Positions 60,210 to 64,000 of a stretch of 64,000 nucleotides of DNA are shown here, in pieces; the first letter of the stretch is position 1, and every line of letters starts with the position of its first letter. The position numbers and the translations under genes are program-made. The DNA is from an uncultured Myxococcales bacterium (GTDB lineage: Bacteria > Myxococcota_A > UBA9042), in contig CAJBNH010000118.1 of the NCBI GenBank assembly GCA_903955385.1, positions 36,045-100,044 on the forward strand, written 5' to 3'. Below the pieces are notes generated by a model. It saw only the letters and a list, made by a program, of their open reading frames with translations. It was not told where the DNA came from and did no database searches.

Positions 60210-62021
60210 CTAGCGCAGGAAGCGCGAAGCCAGCCGCTCTTGGCTCGCCCGGAACGCCGCCGCCTGCGCCCGCAGGCACGCATCCAGCAGCTGCAGCACG
60301 TCACCGCGCAGGTCGCCGGCCTTGTCGCACGCCAGCGCCTCGCCGATGTGACGGAAGGCGGCTTCGTAGCGCCCGCGAGCCGCTTCCAGCGCCGCCGCAC
60401 CGTGATGCAGTCGCGCGCTGCGCGGATCTACGGCGAGACCCTGCGCGTAGGCCGCCCGTGCCTCTTCGGGACGACCCAGCGCCGCGTGGGCGTCGCCGTA
60501 TACCGACCACAGGTCCGCGCTGAATTCCGTATTGATCTGAAGGCCCTTGACCGAAATCGCCAAAGCCAGATCCGGCCGCCGCGCGTGCACCAAGGCCCGG
60601 CGGGCCGCGTCGGTCAGCACGTGCCAGTTGGTGGGCTCCAGCAGCACGGCCTGCCGATAGGCCTCCATCGCGGCGACCATGTCGGGCTCGGCGCGAGCGG
60701 CGGCGGCCAAGGCGCCGGCGCGATTCATGTCCTCGCCGTCAAACGCGGCCCGAAATTCCGCAGTCGTGGCCGGGAGATCAAACCGGGTGAACAGCCGCGA
60801 AGCCTGTTGGCGCATCCCGTCCTGAGGCGGGGCCACGCAACGGACACCCTGCCCCAGCGGCGACGCGAAAAACCCGTCCAGCTGGAAGAAGTTGACACCC
60901 GCGGCACCGGTCGGCCCGTACTTCTGGTGGACGCGGGGACTGCCCGCCTCTTCCGCCGTGGTCATGGCGACGTCGCGCACCAGCAGGAATCCTGCCTCGG
61001 CAGTCGCCGCCACCAGCGCACGGGTCGCCCCCATCGCACCGGCGGTATGGTTGACGACGGTGCCCTGAGCCAGCAGCGCGTGGTCGGGTCCCAGCGCGGC
61101 CTCGAGGGCGTCCGCGCACCGCTCGATCTCTTGCAGATCCGGGTGGTTCGTCAGGTCGATGGCCCAAGTCCGCAGCTCCAATTGCAGCAGGTCGTACAGG
61201 GGCGCGAGCTGTGCACAGGCCTGCGGCGAGCCGTCCTGGGCCAGCCGCTGGACGTCGTCGAGTCCCAGATCAGTGACCGCGTGGAGCAGCTCAGGATGCC
61301 GCAGCCAGGTGCGGACCAGCACCGCCTCCCAACGACCCCGGTCCTGACCCGCGGGCGCGCGGCGGAAGACGTCGTGCGCCAGCAGATCCAGCAGGTAGTT
61401 CGCCATGTAGACGTGAACGCGCCCACGCAGGTCCAGCTGCACGCCGGTGTCGATCTCGCCGAACAACCCGGGCCGATTCACATCCATGAAGCCCAGACGC
61501 ACATGACCGGCGTGGGGCGTAAACAGCCCACGATCCAAGGCCTTGCGCACCGTGGCCGCGCTGACATCGGTGCCCAGCGCGACCAGCCGCTGGTAGTAGT
61601 CGACGCCGGCCTCAGTGCAGAGATCGCGAAACGCGTCGAGCAGATAGCGCAGGTGCAAGCCGGTGCCGATGCCCAGCTCGACCAGCACGACCTCGTCCGG
61701 CAACGCTCCGGCGACCTGCTGCTCCCTACACCACGCAAACAGCACGCGCGCTGATCGCGCCGACACCGCCCCGCTGTCGTGGGCCAGATGCGGCACCCGG
61801 TGGTCGGCCAACAGGTCCGCGGCAAGCTGCGGCCACGCGGCAAGTCCGATGCGAACGTCCAACGACTGTCCCAGCGGCGTCCAATCCTGCAACAGCACGT
61901 CGGTCGTCGTCTCAGCGACAGGCGTGGTGGGCGCAGGCACGTCTGGGGCAGCCACAGGCGGCGGCACGGAACCCTTGGTCTTGCGAGAGGTTTTGGGCGG
62001 CGCGGGCGGACGGGTCGTCAT
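60210..62021 (-). CDS. SAM-dependent methyltransferase-like protein (MidA/NDUFAF7-like) with C-terminal TPRs
   Basis: VLVELGIGTG motif I, MANYLLDLLAHD, TPR units at the C-terminus; GGAGG RBS. Confidence 0.65.
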   Translation of the reverse strand: MTTRPPAPPKTSRKTKGSVPPPVAAPDVPAPTTPVAETTTDVLLQDWTPLGQSLDVRIGLAAWPQLAADLLADHRVPHLAHDSGAVSARSARVLFAWCREQQVAGALPDEVVLVELGIGTGLHLRYLLDAFRDLCTEAGVDYYQRLVALGTDVSAATVRKALDRGLFTPHAGHVRLGFMDVNRPGLFGEIDTGVQLDLRGRVHVYMANYLLDLLAHDVFRRAPAGQDRGRWEAVLVRTWLRHPELLHAVTDLGLDDVQRLAQDGSPQACAQLAPLYDLLQLELRTWAIDLTNHPDLQEIERCADALEAALGPDHALLAQGTVVNHTAGAMGATRALVAATAEAGFLLVRDVAMTTAEEAGSPRVHQKYGPTGAAGVNFFQLDGFFASPLGQGVRCVAPPQDGMRQQASRLFTRFDLPATTAEFRAAFDGEDMNRAGALAAAARAEPDMVAAMEAYRQAVLLEPTNWHVLTDAARRALVHARRPDLALAISVKGLQINTEFSADLWSVYGDAHAALGRPEEARAAYAQGLAVDPRSARLHHGAAALEAARGRYEAAFRHIGEALACDKAGDLRGDVLQLLDACLRAQAAAFRASQERLASRFLR

Positions 62022-62159
62022 GGCGAAGCCTCCAGGCCGTCCACAGGGCGGAACACTCAGGACCCCGGACTGACCAGTGCCAGCGTTGTAGCAGGGTGTC
62101 CGCGGAAGCGAAACCGCCGCCTTGCGTACCAAGGCCATCGCAGGGATCATCTTCGACAC

Positions 62160-63350
62160 ATGACACACGAACGGGTCAGCTCTTCCCAGCTCTCCGTGGC
62201 CCGCCGCCACGCGCTGCACGTGGGCATGCGAGCGGGTCACCGCATCGGATTGCTGACCGACCCGTATCAGGCCTGGACGAGGTTGCAGGCGGACTTGCGG
62301 GCTGCGCGAACCACGATCGCCATCGAGCTGTACATGCTGATGCCGGACGAGGTCGGCAACGCTTTCGCCGATGAGCTGGCGCTGGCGTGCGGACGCGGCG
62401 TGTCGGTGCGGCTGATGCTCGACTCCTTGGGGTCGATGGACCTGACGGACGAGCTGCTGTTGCGGATGAACGAGGCTGGCGTCGAAACCCAGTTCTACGG
62501 GCCGCTGCACTTGTCGGAGCCGTGGAGCCGATGGGCGCGCCGCAACCACCGAAAAGTGTTCGTGATCGACGATCGCGTCGTGCACGTCACCGGCATGAAC
62601 GTCTCAGCCGACTACTTCGCGCTGAAGCCGGGAACGCCTTCGTGGGCCGATGTCGGCGTCCGTGTCGAAGGCCCGTTGGTCCTCGACGTCGCGGCCGAGC
62701 TTGCGCGCCACTGGCGGCAGGGCCGACGAAAATCCCGGGCCGACCGCAGGTCCGAGACCCTGCGCCTGCAGTCGGCCAAAGAGCCGCAGCACACCCGGAC
62801 GCTGGCCACCGTCGCCTTCAACCACGGCCGGATCCGCCAGGCCAACGTCAGCCGCCGCTACCTGCAGGCCGTCCGTGCCGCCCGCGAGTCGATTCTGCTG
62901 GCCCAGTCGTACTTTCTGCCAGAGCGGGCGCTGGAGCGCGCGCTGGTCAGGGCCGCCAAGGCCGGCCGCGACGTGCGGATCGTCTTGCCGGCGTTGTCGA
63001 CCAGCGACGTCAAGATCGTCGCCCTCGCTTCGACGCACGCGCTGGGTCGGTTGCTGCGGGCGGGAGTGCGGGTGTACTTCAGCGAACACCGCATGATTCA
63101 TGCGAAGTTCGGCGTCGTCGACGGCAAGTGGTGGACAGTCGGGTCGGCCAACCTGGACCCGCTGTCGCACCAGCGCAACCTCGAGGCCAACGTGGTCGGC
63201 ATCGGCGAGCAGCAGGCCCGCGTGCTGCGACGCTACTTCGACGAGCTGTGCCTGGATGCCCGGCTGCTGACGGCCGAGGCATGGCGCAAGCGTCCGTTGT
63301 GGCAGCGTTTTCTGGGGTGGCTGGTGCAGGTGCTGCGGCCGATTCTTTGA
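62160..63350 (+). CDS. cls: Cardiolipin synthase (ClsB-like phospholipase D)
   Basis: Two HKD motifs, RNHRKVFVIDD and IHAKFGVVDG..GSANLD; no N-terminal TM. Confidence 0.88.
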   Translation: MTHERVSSSQLSVARRHALHVGMRAGHRIGLLTDPYQAWTRLQADLRAARTTIAIELYMLMPDEVGNAFADELALACGRGVSVRLMLDSLGSMDLTDELLLRMNEAGVETQFYGPLHLSEPWSRWARRNHRKVFVIDDRVVHVTGMNVSADYFALKPGTPSWADVGVRVEGPLVLDVAAELARHWRQGRRKSRADRRSETLRLQSAKEPQHTRTLATVAFNHGRIRQANVSRRYLQAVRAARESILLAQSYFLPERALERALVRAAKAGRDVRIVLPALSTSDVKIVALASTHALGRLLRAGVRVYFSEHRMIHAKFGVVDGKWWTVGSANLDPLSHQRNLEANVVGIGEQQARVLRRYFDELCLDARLLTAEAWRKRPLWQRFLGWLVQVLRPIL

Positions 63351-63377
63351 CCGGATCCGGCGCCCTTGGCGTCAGTC

Positions 63378-63695
63378 AGGAACCTCGGCGCGGTGACATC
63401 CTATCGATCGCTGGTTGTGGTCCATACAGATCAATACCTTACGTGGACCAGGGGCAGGCGGCCGGCCTGGCCGATCCACCCACCATTGAAAATGGTGGGC
63501 TATCAGTCGAGAAGCCCGCCTTCGCGGGCTACCTGGCCGCAGAGCCCACGAAGGTGGGCTTCCCATGTGATAGCCCGGGGTTTCTAACCCTGGGTGGCCC
63601 GGTCCGTGCGCGTCGGGTAATGGGGTGGATCGCGACCGATGAGCGCTTCGATAGGCTCGTTATCGAAAGGATTCTCGCTCGCAGCCGAGGTTCCT
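63378..63695. repeat. Nested inverted-repeat element containing a REP-like doublet (REPIN/MITE-like)
   Basis: Terminal IR AGGAACCTCGGC (63378-63389) / GCCGAGGTTCCT (63684-63695); inverted 52-bp units at 63479-63530 and 63543-63594. Confidence 0.7.
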
Positions 63696-63696
63696 C

Positions 63697-63999
63697 TCAG
63701 TACGCGATCGTGATCTCGGCCGACTGACCGCCGGCCGTGGCCTGCAGGGTCACGGCTTGACCGTTCGACAGCTCGAAGTACTGGAACTCGCTGGGCGTGG
63801 TGGTGCCCAACTGCGCCGTGCCGGCCGTGACCGTCCACGTCGCCGGCACGCCGTAGATCCGCAGACCTTGCGCGGTGGTCGCGACAATCCGCACAAAGTA
63901 CAAGCGCTTGCCGGCCTGGACATCGGGGGCGCCCTGAGCCGTATCGCTGCCGGGCGTGCCCTCGGCCTGGATCTGCACTTGCGTCTTGCCGATCTCGAG
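63697..63999 (-). CDS. C-terminus of a probable Ig-like-domain protein (5' part outside window)
   Basis: Beta-rich, Thr/Gly-rich end (ATWTV..VTLQATAGGQSAEITIAY). Confidence 0.55.
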   Translation of the reverse strand, partial: LEIGKTQVQIQAEGTPGSDTAQGAPDVQAGKRLYFVRIVATTAQGLRIYGVPATWTVTAGTAQLGTTTPSEFQYFELSNGQAVTLQATAGGQSAEITIAY

Positions 64000-64000
64000 C

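Overview
A 64-kb, high-GC, gene-dense bacterial chromosomal segment. Gene content points to Myxococcota or a related deltaproteobacterium (inference): a MopE-repeat surface protein with a MYXO-CTERM-like tail, an FHA-GAF histidine kinase and IF3 with a C-terminal extension. Most genes are housekeeping: argS 3' end, SPOR protein, LonC-type protease, cytochrome c peroxidase, Tex, DEAD-box helicase, a YchF-family protein, MoxR operon, NAD kinase, MlaF/MlaD, mdh-sdhCAB, tRNA-Val, infC-rpmI-rplT-ihfA-merR, TatD, adenosine deaminase, MATE, TrmH, porin, transketolase and cardiolipin synthase. No transposase, integrase, prophage, rRNA or CRISPR array is visible. Best leads: (1) a large RlhA-like U32 Fe-S hydroxylase translationally coupled to a stand-alone chorismate mutase, possibly a dedicated prephenate supply, within a run of RNA/ribosome genes; (2) a two-gene MksE/JetB-like plus short MksB/JetC-like SMC module with no adjacent kleisin or nuclease, downstream of ihfA-merR; (3) a 318-bp nested inverted-repeat element with a REP doublet showing compensatory changes; (4) a long MlaD with a probable C-terminal beta-barrel and no local MlaE; (5) several long structured intergenic regions. 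All calls come from reading motifs by eye; no searches were run.
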